A stretch of DNA of 64,000 bases from Heptranchias perlo. Its lineage: Eukaryota. The DNA lies in the NCBI RefSeq assembly GCF_035084215.1, contig NC_090359.1, positions 20,398,001 to 20,462,000 of the forward strand, given 5' to 3'. Below, piece after piece: positions 62,020-64,000 of this stretch (positions within the stretch are counted from its first letter, which is position 1; every line of letters starts with the position of its first letter). Below the pieces are notes generated by a model. That model had not been told where the DNA came from and made no database searches. It worked only from the letters and a program-made list of their open reading frames with translations. A program made the translations under genes and the position numbers.

Positions 62020-62670
62020 TACAGCACAGAAACAGGCCATTCGGCCCAATAGGTCTATCCCGGCGTTTATGCTCCACACGAGCCTCCTCCCTCCCTACTT
62101 CATCTCACCCGATCAGCACATCCTTCTATTCCTTTCTCCCTCATGTGTTTATCCAGCTTCCCCTTAAATGTATCTCTGCTATTCGCCTCAACTACTCCTT
62201 GTGGGAGTGAGTTCCACATTCTCACCACTCTCTGAGTAAAGAAGTTTCTCCTGAATTCCCAATTGAATTTATTAGTGACTAATTTATATCGATGACCTCC
62301 AATTTTGGTCTCCCCCACAAGTGGAAACATTTTATCTACGTCTACCCTATCAAACCCTTTCATTATCTTAAAGACCTCTATCAGGTCACCCCTCAGCCTT
62401 CTCTTTTCTAGAGAAAGGAGCCCCAGCCTGTTCAGCCTTTCTTAATAGGTATAAACTCTCAGTTCTGGTATCATCTTTGTGAATCTTTTTTGGCACCTTC
62501 TCCAGTGCCTCTATATCCTTTTTATAATATGGAGACCAGAACTGTGCTCAGTACTCCAAGTGTGGTCTAACCAAGGTTCTATACAAGTTTAACATAACCT
62601 GTCTGCTTTTCAGTTCTATCCCTCCAGAAATGAACCCCAGTGCTTGGTTTGCCTTTATTTATGGCCTTAT
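62020..62670 (-). mobile_element. CR1 3' fragment
   Basis: KGFDRVD..RRNFFTQRVVRMWNSLPQ on the minus strand. Confidence 0.9.
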
Positions 62671-62684
62671 TAGGATTAGCGATT

Positions 62685-63128
62685 AGGGCCAGGGATGAGG
62701 GATTCAGTTACGTGGAGAGACCGGAGAAGCTGGGGTTGTTCTCCTGAGAGCAGAGAAGGTTAAGAGGAGATTTAATTGAGGTGTTCAAAATTATCAGGGG
62801 TATTGATAGAGTAGAGAGGGAGAAACTGTTTCCAGTGGCAGAAGGGTCGGTAACCAGAGGACACAGATTTAAGGTAATTGGCAAAAGAACCAGAGGGGGA
62901 GACGAGGAGAATCTTTTTTTAACACAGCGAGTTATGATCTGCCTGAAAGGGCGGTGGATGCAGATTCAGAGGAGAACTGGGTGTACACTTGAAAAGGAAA
63001 AATTTGCAGGGCAATGGGGGAAAAAGCAGGAGGGAGTGGGGCTAATTGGATAGCTCTTTCAAAGAGCTGGCACAGGCTCGATGGGCCGAATGGCCTCCTT
63101 CGGTGCTGGACGATTCTATGATTCTATT
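62685..63128 (+). mobile_element. CR1 3' fragment
   Basis: RRLRGDLIEVFKII.GIDRV; tail gattctatgattcta. Confidence 0.85.
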
Positions 63129-63429
63129 CAACAACAGGGTGCATAACAGATAGGTCTCATCCCATCTAAAAGGGGGCAGTGGATTGGGAATGATGGCTGA
63201 GTTTTTCCCTGCTTCCCCTTCCTCGTTCAAGATTCTGAGATCCTAGCCACTGGGATCAACATACCTCACCAGGATTAATCCCTCGGTGAAGCCAAAGGAG
63301 GAAATTCTCCCTCCTCGCTGCCACAGTAGCTGAGATCAGTCAACTCAGCGCTGACGGTGAATCGAACTCAGGGCGTTTCTTTGGCCTGTGCGTCTCAGTT
63401 AAACTGGCTCTACGGGCCGAGGGAGCTCT

Positions 63430-63752
63430 GCCCTGTCGGAGGTGCTGCCTTTCGAATGAGAATTTAAACCGTGGCCCCGTCTGCCCTCTCAGGTGGACGT
63501 AAAAGATCCCAAGGAGCTATTTCGAAGAAGGGCAGGGGGGGAGTTCTCCCCCGACCAGTGTAATGGCCAATATTTATCCCTCAACCAACATCGCTAAATC
63601 ACAGATGATCTGGTCATTATCACATTGGGATTGTGGGATCTTGCTGTGCGCAAATTGGCTGCCATGTTTCCCTATATTACAACAGTGACTACACTTCAAA
63701 AGTACTTCATTTGCTGTGAGGCGCTTTGGGACGTCCTGAAGTCATGAAAGGC
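63430..63752 (+). mobile_element. Deu-domain-like SINE body and tail
   Basis: Same consensus as 50175-50610. Confidence 0.8.
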
Positions 63753-64000
63753 ACATTTGCTATGGAACTGATACGTCCTTGAAGAGCAAGTGACCTGATG
63801 CCAACAGCATTTCAAGATTGCTTTGCACTTGTAAGAAAGCATGTGCGTATGAGCTGGCAGTTGGGGTCAATGGCTGACTAGCCTGCTGACACTGGCTCTC
63901 TGGGGTCTGAGGTACCAGACGGTGCTTGAAACCAACCTCCAGCGAGAGGAGAGAAGGAGGGAAGGGAGGAGAGCAAAGGGAAGGAAATAAATTGCATTTA

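Noticed and set aside
62020-63128. Twin-priming inversion of a single CR1
   Set aside because: Both halves have their own, different 3' tails, so they are two independent insertions.

Overview
Eukaryotic, intron-containing DNA, most likely from a cartilaginous fish (inferred from the SINE/LINE/satellite complement). Bases ~1-47.4 kb are a head-to-tail tandem array of six zona pellucida ZP3 (ZPC)-like egg-coat genes on the + strand, each with 9 coding-exon positions; the array probably continues left of the window. Copies 1-5 have near-identical bodies but mix two promoter/exon-1 types (A, B) with two 3'-end/spacer types (X, Y): A/X, B/Y, A/Y, A/X, B/X. Copy 6 joins a B promoter and exon 1 to a strongly diverged paralogue. 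It keeps all 12 ZP cysteines and the EHP but stops before the transmembrane helix, so it is a predicted soluble ZP3 precursor. Every promoter is abutted by Tx1-like retrotransposon 3' ends, which I did not find elsewhere in the window. The spacers also carry a 67-bp satellite, a 27-bp VNTR whose common variants are synonymous, and an orphan antisense exon ending in a CaaX box. Bases 47.4-64 kb are mostly CR1/L2 LINE and SINE debris, with satellites and a few unassigned exon-like segments. All coordinates and comparisons were made by eye; TE boundaries are approximate.
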